A stretch of DNA of 64,000 nt from Obrimoposthia wandeli. Its lineage: Eukaryota. The position numbers and the translations under genes were made by a program. Of this stretch, positions 10,403-20,232 are shown one piece after another. Location: positions 124,001-188,000 of the forward strand of contig CDROCS010005394.1 of the NCBI GenBank assembly GCA_977020255.1, given 5' to 3'. The notes beneath the pieces were generated by a model. It was given only the letters and a program-made list of their open reading frames with translations, searched no databases and was not told the origin of the DNA. Position 1 is the first letter of the stretch; every line of letters begins with the position of its first letter.

Positions 10403-12985
10403 ATGTCTAAAACAGAAAATCAAACCACTAGCATGGATGCTGAACTGCAGGAAATGCTTGCACAATCAGATACTGGTGCGCGCGATCCTAAAGGTATTGC
10501 TAAAAATATATTGTTAATCGTGCCATTCATTTGGGCGCTATTTCAATTATGGTATGCCTCTCCTCTGCCGTTCATTTTAAACTTTGGTATTATCAACGAT
10601 ACTGAAGCCCGCTCTATTCACTTAGCATTTGCTATATTTTTAGCGTTTACAGCTTACCCTGCAATGAAGTCGTCACCGCGTGACCATGTGCCGTTGGTCG
10701 ATTGGGTGTTTGCATTCGTAGGCGCGTTCTGTGCTGGTTATCTTTTCCTATTTTATAATGAATTGGCTGGTCGTGCTGGCGCACCAACTATCTTTGATAC
10801 TGCAGTTGCAACAACCGGTATGTTATTACTGCTTGAAGCAACCCGCCGTTCATTAGGTCCACCACTGATGATAGTGGCAGCGGTATTTTTAACTTATACC
10901 TTTGCCGGTCCATACATGCCCGACATCATTGCCCATAAAGGTGCAAGTTTAAACAAAACGATGTCTCACCAATGGTTAACAACCGAAGGTGTATTTGGTG
11001 TTGCAGTTGGTGTATCAACGTCATTTGTATTCTTGTTTGTACTATTCGGTTCACTGCTTGATAAAGCGGGTGCGGGTAACTACTTCATTAAAGTTGCATT
11101 CTCTCTACTTGGTCACATGCGTGGCGGCCCAGCAAAAGCGGCTGTTGTAGCATCAGGTTTAAGTGGTCTAGTATCAGGCTCGTCGATTGCAAACGTAGTA
11201 ACGACAGGTACCTTTACCATTCCGTTGATGAAACGTGTTGGCTTTCCTGCAACCAAAGCGGGTGCAGTCGAAGTGGCGGCATCAACCAATGGTCAGTTAA
11301 CGCCACCGATTATGGGTGCAGCTGCGTTCTTGATGGTTGAATACGTAGGCATTCCTTATATCGAAGTAATTAAAGCCGCTATTTTACCCGCGCTTATTTC
11401 TTATATCGCGTTAATTTACATCGTGCATTTAGAAGCATGTAAAGCCGGTATGGAAGGTTTACCACGTCGTCACAAGCCAACATTAGCGCAGAGTTTATTC
11501 TCGTTTATGTCTGTCGTCGTGCTCATCATCGTGCTCAGCTTTGCCGTATATTACGGTATCGGTTGGACGAAAGAGGTATTTGGTGCTGGCGCAACTTGGA
11601 TTGTCGGTATTGCGACTGTCGCGATTTACGTCGCGCTCGTTAAATACTCAACAAACTTCCCTGAACTGGCGATTGATGATCCAGACAGTGAATTGCTTGA
11701 GTTACCAGAACCAGGACCAACAGCAAAAGCAGGTTTATACTTCCTACTACCAATTGTTGTATTAGTCTGGTGTTTAACGGTTGAACGTTTCTCTCCAGGT
11801 CTATCAGCATTCTGGGCAACCGTATTCATGATTTTCATCGTGGTAACACAACGTCCATTACAAGCTTACTTCAAACAAAGTAAACCAATACCAAGTGCAA
11901 TTAAAGCCGGGTTTGTTGAATTGTTTGATGGCATGGTAACGGGTTCTCGTAACATGATCGGTATCGGTGTGGCGACAGCTGCAGCAGGTATTGTTGTTGG
12001 TACGGTAACGCTAACCGGTATTGGCTTAGTGATGACGGAGTTTGTTGAGTACATCTCAGGCGGTAACATTATGCTGATGCTGGGCTTTACAGCACTTATC
12101 AGCTTGATCTTAGGCATGGGCTTACCGACGACAGCAAACTATATCGTTGTTTCCACATTGATGGCGCCTGTTATTGTTGAACTAGGTGCTCAAAATGGCT
12201 TAATCGTACCGTTAATCGCAGTGCATTTGTTTGTATTTTACTTTGGTATTCTGGCCGATGATACACCGCCAGTAGGTCTCGCAGCTTTCGCAGCCGCCGC
12301 CATTGCCAAAGCAGATCCGATTAAGACGGGTATTCAAGGTTTCATGTACGACATCCGTACTGCGATCTTACCTTTCATGTTCATCTTTAATACCCAGTTA
12401 TTATTGATTGGCGTAGACTCTATAGGCCACCTATTACTGACCATCTTCTCGGCGACCACCGCGATGCTGGTATTCTCGGCAGCGACCCAAGGTTACTGGT
12501 TAACAAAATCAAAATGGTATGAAACCATCGGATTATTATTAATCACCTTTACATTATTCCGCCCAGGCTTTTGGTGGGACATGGTATACCCACCAGTTGA
12601 AGAAGTAAGCCCGCAACATATCGAACAAGTACTTGCAGATTTACCTATTGGCACAGATATACGCTTACGTGTTGAAGGTGAAACGCTTGATGGTGCATTC
12701 CAAACTAAGATTGTACAGCTACCTTTTGCTGAAGATGCGATCACAGGTGCAGAACGACTATTGAGTACTGGCTTAGAATTACGCTTTGGTGACGACAAAA
12801 CTATTGTAGATATGGTCGGTTTTGGTTCTCCAGCTGAAAAATCGGGTATTGATTTTGACTGGAATATCCTTATGGTCGAACGTCCATTAGACCGTCCAGC
12901 TAAAGAGTTCCTGTTCATTCCAGCATTATTGTTACTCGCAGGTATTGCTTTTGGTCAGCGTCGTCGTATTGCGACTAATAAGTAA
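10403..12985 (+). CDS. TRAP transporter fused permease (4TM/12TM, TAXI-associated)
   Basis: GGAGG RBS; many TM segments; GGPAKAAVVASG, GSSIANVVTTG, ASTNGQLTPPIMGAAAF, LGMGLPTTANY, ADDTPPVG; 860 aa. Confidence 0.95.
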   Translation: MSKTENQTTSMDAELQEMLAQSDTGARDPKGIAKNILLIVPFIWALFQLWYASPLPFILNFGIINDTEARSIHLAFAIFLAFTAYPAMKSSPRDHVPLVDWVFAFVGAFCAGYLFLFYNELAGRAGAPTIFDTAVATTGMLLLLEATRRSLGPPLMIVAAVFLTYTFAGPYMPDIIAHKGASLNKTMSHQWLTTEGVFGVAVGVSTSFVFLFVLFGSLLDKAGAGNYFIKVAFSLLGHMRGGPAKAAVVASGLSGLVSGSSIANVVTTGTFTIPLMKRVGFPATKAGAVEVAASTNGQLTPPIMGAAAFLMVEYVGIPYIEVIKAAILPALISYIALIYIVHLEACKAGMEGLPRRHKPTLAQSLFSFMSVVVLIIVLSFAVYYGIGWTKEVFGAGATWIVGIATVAIYVALVKYSTNFPELAIDDPDSELLELPEPGPTAKAGLYFLLPIVVLVWCLTVERFSPGLSAFWATVFMIFIVVTQRPLQAYFKQSKPIPSAIKAGFVELFDGMVTGSRNMIGIGVATAAAGIVVGTVTLTGIGLVMTEFVEYISGGNIMLMLGFTALISLILGMGLPTTANYIVVSTLMAPVIVELGAQNGLIVPLIAVHLFVFYFGILADDTPPVGLAAFAAAAIAKADPIKTGIQGFMYDIRTAILPFMFIFNTQLLLIGVDSIGHLLLTIFSATTAMLVFSAATQGYWLTKSKWYETIGLLLITFTLFRPGFWWDMVYPPVEEVSPQHIEQVLADLPIGTDIRLRVEGETLDGAFQTKIVQLPFAEDAITGAERLLSTGLELRFGDDKTIVDMVGFGSPAEKSGIDFDWNILMVERPLDRPAKEFLFIPALLLLAGIAFGQRRRIATNK

Positions 12986-13112
12986 TAATCATTCATAACA
13001 TGAAATGCAGTGCGTTGTCTGACACTGCATTTCATTTATGATGCACTGCCGATTAGTACTAACTAAGCAATTTGTATTAACGAAACAATTCATTTTAAAT
13101 AAGTAATCTATT

Positions 13113-13547
13113 ATGTATAAAACTATTTTATTACCTGTTGATCTTAACGAAGAAGGCTTTAGCCACGTTGCAGCTGAACACGCTTGTGCTCTGGCAAAAA
13201 TGTCTGGCGCAGTAATACATTTATTGAATGTATTGCCAACGTCGCAATTACCGATGGTGTCAGCACACTTCCCTGCTTCTGTTTTGCAAGAGATCCGTAA
13301 GTCAGCCTATGCGGCATTACAAGATTTTGCCAAAAAACACATTGATGACAGTATTGCAACACAGATACATATGGCAGAAGGCAAACCATCAAAAGAAATT
13401 ATTAAAGCTGCAACAAAATACAATGCAGATTTAATTGTTATGCCGAGTCACAAACGCGCTAGATTAGAACTTGCCGTTATCGGTTCTGTTGCAGCAAGAG
13501 TTGTCAGTTCAGCATCTATGAGTGTAATGGTTGTTAAACCACAATAA
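13113..13547 (+). CDS. Universal stress protein (UspA family) linked to TAXI-TRAP
   Basis: MYKTILLPVDL, ADLIVMPSH, GSVAARVV, SVMVVK. Confidence 0.93.
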   Translation: MYKTILLPVDLNEEGFSHVAAEHACALAKMSGAVIHLLNVLPTSQLPMVSAHFPASVLQEIRKSAYAALQDFAKKHIDDSIATQIHMAEGKPSKEIIKAATKYNADLIVMPSHKRARLELAVIGSVAARVVSSASMSVMVVKPQ

Positions 13548-13713
13548 AGATATTTATGGGCAGTGTTAAATGCTGCTCATTATTTCAAACACACTATGTA
13601 AAACAGTTATTATTTGTTAGTTAATCCTTTCTAATTCTTCCACTTCCTCTCATTTTTAGTTACTATTGCGCAATAATTCTTTGCTACCTCACTGAAATTG
13701 AAAAAGGATATTC

Positions 13714-14793
13714 ATGTCAGTTTCTGTATTAATCTGTGATGACTCAAACCTAGCGCGTAAACAAATGGCCAGAACGCTGCCTCCTTATTGGGATGTGGAT
13801 GTTAGTTTTGCATCCAACGGGGCCGAGGGTATTGATGTGATCAGAGCTGGTAAAGGTAGCATCGTATTTCTCGATCTCAATATGCCGGTGATGGATGGTT
13901 ACCAAGTTTTAGAAACTATTCAAAAAGAGCAACTAAATGCCCTTGTGATTGTTGTTTCTGGTGATATCCAAGCCGAAGCTCATCAGCGCGTTACGGCATT
14001 AGGTGCATTAGCATTTATTCAAAAACCGGTAACAAGTCAGCAAATCGAAACCATCCTAATTAGCTACGGCATTGTCGAAAAAGATGAGTTCGCCCAAGCT
14101 GAAGCACAGTCAATAACCCAACAAAAAGCAGAAAAAAGACAACAAGACTTAATAAAATCAATTCCAGTCACACTACCAACACTTGGTGCTGAATTAGACC
14201 TCGCACCAGAATTCCGTGATGCGCTGCAAGAAGTGGCTAACGTCGCGATGGGGCAAGCAGCAGAGCTGTTAGCACGTTTACTCGATGTATTTGTGTTATT
14301 ACCGGTTCCGAATGTGAATATTTTGGAGGCCAGCGAGCTCACCATGGCATTATCAGCCGCGTCTGAGCAAGCATCCATCTCTACCGTATGCCAAGGCTTT
14401 ATTTGCTCAGGTATCTCAGGTGAAGCGCTATTGTTATTCCATGACTCAAGCTTTGATGACATGGCGAAGTTAATGGGTATTGAAAATCAGGAGTCCAGTT
14501 TTCAAGAAAAAGAAATTCTCATGGATACTGCCAATATCTTGATCGGCGCATTTCTACAAGGCTTTAGCCAACAGTTAAACGTCAGCTTTAGTCAAGGTCA
14601 TCCTTCTGTTCTCGGTCAACACAGTACCGTGCAAGAAATGATTAACGCCAATAACTTCCGTAAACAAAAAACAGTCGCGATTGAAATTAACTATCAAATT
14701 GAACACCATAATGTGCAATGTGACCTGTTATTACTCTTTACTGAGAAATCACTACCCACTTTACTGAATAATCTTTCTTACCTCATCGATTAG
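13714..14793 (+). CDS. Response regulator: REC domain fused to a CheC-like phosphatase domain
   Basis: REC: ICDDS, FLDLNMP (phospho-Asp), VVSGD, FIQKP. C-terminal CheC-type motifs QEVANVAMG and MDTANILIG. Confidence 0.88.
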   Translation: MSVSVLICDDSNLARKQMARTLPPYWDVDVSFASNGAEGIDVIRAGKGSIVFLDLNMPVMDGYQVLETIQKEQLNALVIVVSGDIQAEAHQRVTALGALAFIQKPVTSQQIETILISYGIVEKDEFAQAEAQSITQQKAEKRQQDLIKSIPVTLPTLGAELDLAPEFRDALQEVANVAMGQAAELLARLLDVFVLLPVPNVNILEASELTMALSAASEQASISTVCQGFICSGISGEALLLFHDSSFDDMAKLMGIENQESSFQEKEILMDTANILIGAFLQGFSQQLNVSFSQGHPSVLGQHSTVQEMINANNFRKQKTVAIEINYQIEHHNVQCDLLLLFTEKSLPTLLNNLSYLID

Positions 14794-14865
14794 CTGGTTG
14801 TCATTTAATGATCTATTTAACGACACACAAAGCACAAAGCAGCACAGCTACAAGGAATTGTTAAC

Positions 14866-15819
14866 ATGGAAAATCAAAATTCATTGAATGAGTTTCATTG
14901 GATCATGAATATGGTGCAAACCATTGATGCGGGTCTTGTGGTTTTAGATAAAGATTTCAATGTCCAGCTTTGGAATGACTTCATGAGTAACCACAGTGGG
15001 GTTAGCTCAAAGACGATGCAAGATGCTCAACTATTTTCGCATTTTCCAGAACTACCAGAAGCATGGTTACGCAGTAAGATTGAGTCGGTATTTTTACTTA
15101 AAAATAACGCATTTACCAGTTGGGAACAACGTCCGTATATTTTCCGTTTTAGTAATTATCGCCCTGTTACCGGTATTTCTGAATTTATGTTTCAGAATAT
15201 GACGATAATACCACTCGCATCGCTGACAGGCGAAGTCACGCACGTAAGTTTGATTATTTACGATGTAACCGATATTGCCATTAACCGTTTACAACTCGAT
15301 AAAGCCAACGAAAAATTAGCGCGCCTAAGTCAAACAGACGCGCTGACACAATTGAATAACCGTCACTGTTGGAATACGCTTATTGATGATGAATTTAAGC
15401 GTGTTAAACGTTACGAACAAGTATCAACGTTAATGATGCTGGATATTGATCACTTTAAAAAAGTAAATGATACCTACGGCCACGTGGCAGGTGACAAAGT
15501 GATAGCAGAAGTATCCAGAGTGATCAAAGAAAGTGTCAGGGAAACCGATTTTGCAGCACGTTATGGCGGTGAAGAGTTTTCAATTTGTTTGACTAATACA
15601 TCAGCAGACAATGCGGTTATACTCGCAGAACGCTTGCGTAAAGCGATTGAAAGCACTTTAGTTCTAGATGAAGGGAATGTTATACAAGTAACAATATCAA
15701 TTGGTATGGCTGAGTTTACAGCGAATACAAGTACGGTTGATACTTGGACGAAGAATGCTGATAGTGCATTGTACAAGAGTAAAGAAAATGGTCGTAACCA
15801 ATACGCTATTTTTAAGTAA
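14866..15819 (+). CDS. PAS-domain diguanylate cyclase (GGEEF)
   Basis: PAS (GLVVLDKDFNVQLWNDFM); TDALTQLNNR, LDIDHFKKVNDTYGH, RETD I-site, RYGGEEF, SIG, ADSALYKSKENGRN. Confidence 0.95.
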   Translation: MENQNSLNEFHWIMNMVQTIDAGLVVLDKDFNVQLWNDFMSNHSGVSSKTMQDAQLFSHFPELPEAWLRSKIESVFLLKNNAFTSWEQRPYIFRFSNYRPVTGISEFMFQNMTIIPLASLTGEVTHVSLIIYDVTDIAINRLQLDKANEKLARLSQTDALTQLNNRHCWNTLIDDEFKRVKRYEQVSTLMMLDIDHFKKVNDTYGHVAGDKVIAEVSRVIKESVRETDFAARYGGEEFSICLTNTSADNAVILAERLRKAIESTLVLDEGNVIQVTISIGMAEFTANTSTVDTWTKNADSALYKSKENGRNQYAIFK

Positions 15820-15855
15820 GTGGTCTAACACGACCGACTACAGTTTATTTAAACG

Positions 15856-15887
15856 AAAAAGGTATAGCTTTCGCTATACCTTTTTTT
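15856..15887. terminator. Bidirectional intrinsic terminator
   Basis: AAAAA-GGTATAGC-TTTC-GCTATACC-TTTTTTT between convergent genes. Confidence 0.85.
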
Positions 15888-15992
15888 ATATTTATCATTT
15901 TTACTTTTAAGCTAACTATTCTGCTGCAGTTTGATCTTTTTCAGCACTTGGTTCTTCCTGAACGCTTTCTTTATGCTGGGTACTTTCTCTTG

Positions 15993-16172
15993 CTAAACAG
16001 TATCTTCTTGCTGAACAGTTTCGCTAGGCTGAATCGCTTCTGCTTCTAATGCCAATTTTTCACGTTCCGCTTTAGAAATGTAACGTGGTTTATTAGAATT
16101 TGGCGCTAGTTTAGCATTGGCTTTTTTAGCTTTTTTCTTTAATGTTGAAACAACTTTTTTCTTTCTATTCAT
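15993..16172 (-). CDS. DUF2986-family small basic protein (59 aa as sequenced; possibly frameshifted, see findings)
   Basis: Not in the ORF track. Manual translation: MNRKKKVVSTLKKKAKKANAKLAPNSNKPRYISKAEREKLALEAEAIQPSETVQQEDTV*; the NKPRYISKAER motif is characteristic. Confidence 0.8.
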   Translation of the reverse strand: MNRKKKVVSTLKKKAKKANAKLAPNSNKPRYISKAEREKLALEAEAIQPSETVQQEDTV

Positions 16173-16186
16173 TATATTTGATCTTA

Positions 16187-16660
16187 CTACTTGTCTTCAG
16201 TTTCAGGTCGGTGTTTTATTTGCAGGCCAGCAAGGAAGTTACGCAATACTTGATCTTTACATTCACGGAAGTGTTTGTGATCAGCTTTACGGAAAAATGC
16301 ACTTAGTTCATGCTTACCTAAACGGAATCCAGCAAGTTCTAATAAATCAAGAACGTCTTCATTCTTAAGGTCTAACGCAATTTTTAACTTACGTAAAATA
16401 ATGTTGTTATTAATCGCATGCTCAGGTTCAGGTTGTGGGCCGTCTTTTTTACCGCGGTTTTCATTAATTAGACCATTCAAAAAAGTAGCCATCTGCGTAT
16501 CACTACAACTTACATATGCTGCATCGTCATCTTTTTTTAACCAATCGCTGATTTCACCACGTGTAATATCTGCTTCAGCTTGTTTAAACAAGGCAATCAT
16601 CTTGTTGTCACTGAAATTAAATGTGTAGCGAATACGGCGTAAAATATCATTATTGGTCAT
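16187..16660 (-). CDS. yehS: DUF1456 family protein (YehS-like)
   Basis: MTNNDILRRIRY, FLNGLI, NNIILRKLKIAL, ELSAFFRK, CKDQVLRNFL. Confidence 0.88.
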   Translation of the reverse strand: MTNNDILRRIRYTFNFSDNKMIALFKQAEADITRGEISDWLKKDDDAAYVSCSDTQMATFLNGLINENRGKKDGPQPEPEHAINNNIILRKLKIALDLKNEDVLDLLELAGFRLGKHELSAFFRKADHKHFRECKDQVLRNFLAGLQIKHRPETEDK

Positions 16661-16781
16661 TAATTAGTCCTAATAAGGCTAGCGTGATGTCGTTATGACT
16701 CACAATTTAAGTTATGGCGCACAGTATAGCAGATAACCGATAGCTGATAACAGGCAAGTTGCCTATATACTGACTGCGCGT

Positions 16782-18020
16782 TTAATCATCTAATAACCAG
16801 TGTCTTATTTTGCTATATACATCAGGATGATAAAGTAGGTCCATGTGATTCATATCGCGACCAACCCATTGATGTTGTTCTGGGAACGTCAAATGAAGTA
16901 AATCATCATTATGGCGACCTAACGCACTATCAACATTCACCAGTCCATCACCAATTAAGCCATCGCCGACGACGGTTGACTGCTTACTTTTTACTGCCGC
17001 TACCGTATAACAACGCACACCATTGGGTAACGCTAATGATCCACGATCGTCCGCGTTATAACTAAAGCGATCTTTTCCCTGCCAATCTTCATCAATGATC
17101 GAACCGTAACGTAAATCAGTAATACCAGCGCTACGAATTTGACCGAGCTTAGCAAACGGTAAACTATAGGGATTTGAGCCAAGTAAAATATCAATCAGGT
17201 TACCGCCTTTTTCAAGCGCTGCGCCATGATGCGGCGTACCCAAAAATACCATTTTATGCACTTGTGCTAGCCAAGTATGCTGTGCTTTCTCACCATAATG
17301 AAACGCACTGCGAGAGACCAAGCCGCCCATGCTGTGCGCAAGAATAGAAAGGGATAACGGTTGCGGTGATATCGTGACTAAATATTCTAATAACGCCGCT
17401 AAATCACGGCCATTTTCAGAAATATGACGACCGGTATTATAATGTAAGTAAATCGGTTCATAGCCAAGATCACGTGCTAATTCAATACCATGGTCATGCT
17501 CATCAACTTGCCACTGCAAATCGTTCATGCATAACCCGTGTACCATCAACAATATTTTACCATCGGATTTTTCAATAAGATTTCGTAATGCCACATCTGA
17601 TAATGCTTTACCGTCACGGCGTAATTGCATGATCACAGCAAGGGGATTTTCACGTTCCAATAAATAGTCACCTAATACACCATTAAGCATCGAAATGGCG
17701 ACTTCACGTTTGAGTGATGACTCTTGTTGACCAAACGCTGATCCAAATTGCGATAAAGAAAGGTCAATTTTATCACCAACGAATGCAGTGACACTGCGAA
17801 TATTACGATAGACAAAGCCGGTCACACCACGTGTTTTTGTCGGTTGATCTTTATCATTAAGACCTAAACTTAAAATGGTATAATGCAGTGCTTCAACAAT
17901 GTCAGTTAAACCAGTCACAGCGTCTACTGCAAGCTGATTAACACCACGAATGTCATTGGCACGATCGGAATGAGAGAGCTTTATTTCTAGGCTTTTTAAT
18001 TTTCTGCGGGTGTTAAACAT
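16782..18020 (-). CDS. Alpha/beta hydrolase (PGAP1/lipase-like)
   Basis: VHGLCM oxyanion region, AHSMGGL nucleophile elbow, FLGTPHHGA, GDGLV, NHMDLL. Confidence 0.82.
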   Translation of the reverse strand: MFNTRRKLKSLEIKLSHSDRANDIRGVNQLAVDAVTGLTDIVEALHYTILSLGLNDKDQPTKTRGVTGFVYRNIRSVTAFVGDKIDLSLSQFGSAFGQQESSLKREVAISMLNGVLGDYLLERENPLAVIMQLRRDGKALSDVALRNLIEKSDGKILLMVHGLCMNDLQWQVDEHDHGIELARDLGYEPIYLHYNTGRHISENGRDLAALLEYLVTISPQPLSLSILAHSMGGLVSRSAFHYGEKAQHTWLAQVHKMVFLGTPHHGAALEKGGNLIDILLGSNPYSLPFAKLGQIRSAGITDLRYGSIIDEDWQGKDRFSYNADDRGSLALPNGVRCYTVAAVKSKQSTVVGDGLIGDGLVNVDSALGRHNDDLLHLTFPEQHQWVGRDMNHMDLLYHPDVYSKIRHWLLDD

Positions 18021-18099
18021 ACAGCACCTTTTGTATTTAGCGTTAGCAACGAATTAAAATCATTACTCTGTTGTAACGCTAAATACTTGAATGCGCAAT

Positions 18100-18996
18100 C
18101 TAGGTTTTTGCAGCGTTCGCTTGGCGTTGTAATAAAAAGGTCGCCGATGCTGACAATAAAATGCCGGGAACCACTTGCATACTGATACTTTGCCCGTTCA
18201 CCAACAGTGACAACAACGCAACCACAGCAGGGTTCATGTAGATATAAGCCATGACGCGAGTCGGCCCTAATGCCACCGTCGTTTTCTGATATAAGTATAC
18301 TGTCATCAGTGTTGCACCTATGACTAAATAGGCCATATAAAATACCGATTCACCTTGGATCAAATGCCACTCTAGCGGTAATCCAGATACCAGCAGAGCC
18401 AGTCCCATCCAAATACAGCCACCGAGTAAGGTACTAAATACCATGACAATCAATTCATCACCACGGTATAAACGCTTCATCGAAATTGAATAACAGCACA
18501 TAGACAAACAGCCTGCGATAAACAACAAATCACCGTTATTAAGTGAGAAATCCAGTAATCGAGACAAGTCTCCGGCGAAAATAACCCAGCAAGTGCCTAA
18601 CGCACCGAGTAGGTAAATCATCAGTTGTTTCGCTTTAATTTTATCTTTAAATACCAATACACATAATATAGCGGTAATGAATGGCACCAAGGTATATAAG
18701 GTACCGGTATTCAACGTCGTGGTTATTTTCAATGCTTCAAACTGACAGATAAAGAACATTGAATAAAACAGGCTAATCACCATCGAACGTGGCAAGGTAC
18801 GTAACACCTTATTGCGCCATTTTTTGGTGAATAGAATAAACGGTAACAATATACTCACCGCACCAGTGAAGCGCAGCAAGGTTAAAGAAAATGGGTTTAC
18901 TAGCCCTGCTAGATTTGCAGATGCTAAAAATGATCCTGCAACTAAGGTCGTTGCAAGTATCACCAGAAGGTGAAATTTTATATTTGATTGTGCCAA
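18100..18996 (-). CDS. DMT/EamA family transporter
   Basis: TTG start; about 10 TM segments in two EamA repeats; LTLLRF, LGPTRVMAYIYMNP. Confidence 0.88.
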   Translation of the reverse strand: MAQSNIKFHLLVILATTLVAGSFLASANLAGLVNPFSLTLLRFTGAVSILLPFILFTKKWRNKVLRTLPRSMVISLFYSMFFICQFEALKITTTLNTGTLYTLVPFITAILCVLVFKDKIKAKQLMIYLLGALGTCWVIFAGDLSRLLDFSLNNGDLLFIAGCLSMCCYSISMKRLYRGDELIVMVFSTLLGGCIWMGLALLVSGLPLEWHLIQGESVFYMAYLVIGATLMTVYLYQKTTVALGPTRVMAYIYMNPAVVALLSLLVNGQSISMQVVPGILLSASATFLLQRQANAAKT

Positions 18997-19139
18997 GCCT
19001 AGGCCTTACTTTATTAATGGGTGGTATTTTTCGGCAAGACTAGCACGCAAACAACATAATTTCACTCGGTACTTTAGAAGTGTAAAGATTTTCTAGTTAA
19101 AATTAGTTTTTGTTTGATAAAAAATAATTTAATCCCACC

Positions 19140-19991
19140 CTACGAAGATGAAGCTAACCAATTTGATGTATCTTGCCAGACGGATTCAGACATCGAACGC
19201 TTAAAAAAACCAAAATGATCAATCGATCGCATACCAACTTGCTTCGGATCCACCACGATCATATCTGATGGTGCATTTTTAAAATGTTGTTGCAGCGCTT
19301 TAACACAACTTGGTGGGGCAAATCGGTTGTCATCTGCCATCGCATAAAATCGCATGTTACCCGTATAGCGGTGATAACCATCGTGTAACTCGTTACCTTG
19401 TTCATCAGTATAGAAGGGTTTACGGCCAAAACGACTCCAATCTCTGATTACTTGTTTTGGTAAGTATTCAGCCCCCAACACCCATTTAGGTAATCCTTTA
19501 TTCGCGCTATAGAACAAAGGTAAAACACAATAAAAGAATAACACCGATAATGGCTGGTCTTTACGACCCCAATTCTTCCAATGGATCTGTTGTGCGGCAA
19601 TATTAAGAAATGATTCATAACGATTGTTATTAGGTGTGATACCCAGTAGCTGACCACCTATAGAATGACCAATTCCTGAAATTTTCATGTCTGGGTAATG
19701 CGTTTGAGCCCAGCTTAATACCGCGTCCATATCAAGCTGCCCCCAATGTATCATACTGGCTGGTTTGGCGTTGACACTCGCTTGTTTACTGTCGCCAATA
19801 CCACGATAGTCATAAGTGATAATGGTAAAGCCTTGCGCACATAAAAATGCCGCATAAGGTTGATAATACTTACGCAAAACCCCTGTGGCACCGTTAATAA
19901 TCACAATACGGCCATTACTGCTCTCTGGTTTAAACTCACTTGCGACAAGTTGGTAACCATCAAGCGTACTCACTTCAATTGTATTTATCAT
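19140..19991 (-). CDS. Predicted alpha/beta hydrolase (COG4757-like)
   Basis: INGATGV, YDYRGIGDS, WGQLD, GHSIGG nucleophile elbow, IDHFGFF. Confidence 0.85.
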   Translation of the reverse strand: MINTIEVSTLDGYQLVASEFKPESSNGRIVIINGATGVLRKYYQPYAAFLCAQGFTIITYDYRGIGDSKQASVNAKPASMIHWGQLDMDAVLSWAQTHYPDMKISGIGHSIGGQLLGITPNNNRYESFLNIAAQQIHWKNWGRKDQPLSVLFFYCVLPLFYSANKGLPKWVLGAEYLPKQVIRDWSRFGRKPFYTDEQGNELHDGYHRYTGNMRFYAMADDNRFAPPSCVKALQQHFKNAPSDMIVVDPKQVGMRSIDHFGFFKRSMSESVWQDTSNWLASSS

Positions 19992-20232
19992 GATATTAAT
20001 CCATTAAGTACAAAAATAAATGTCAGCCAAGCTTATGCATATAAAGTTGATTTGGCATTGGCTGTAATGACAAGGTGATTTTTAGACTTTATTGACCTAG
20101 GTTAGAAAATGACGATAACTCAATACGAACAACTTTTTATCTGCCACTATTTGCCTTACTATGCGTCTAACAAAATACCCTTATTTAACACCACGAATAC
20201 ATCGCCGTAAAATAATTTGTTAGGAATATATA

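Noticed and set aside
16117-16368. + strand 83-aa ORF
   Set aside because: Antisense shadow of the DUF2986 and DUF1456 genes.
20000-20232. ZTP/THF riboswitch upstream of fhs
   Set aside because: I could not find the conserved motifs; the region is short and AT-rich. An Rfam scan would be definitive.
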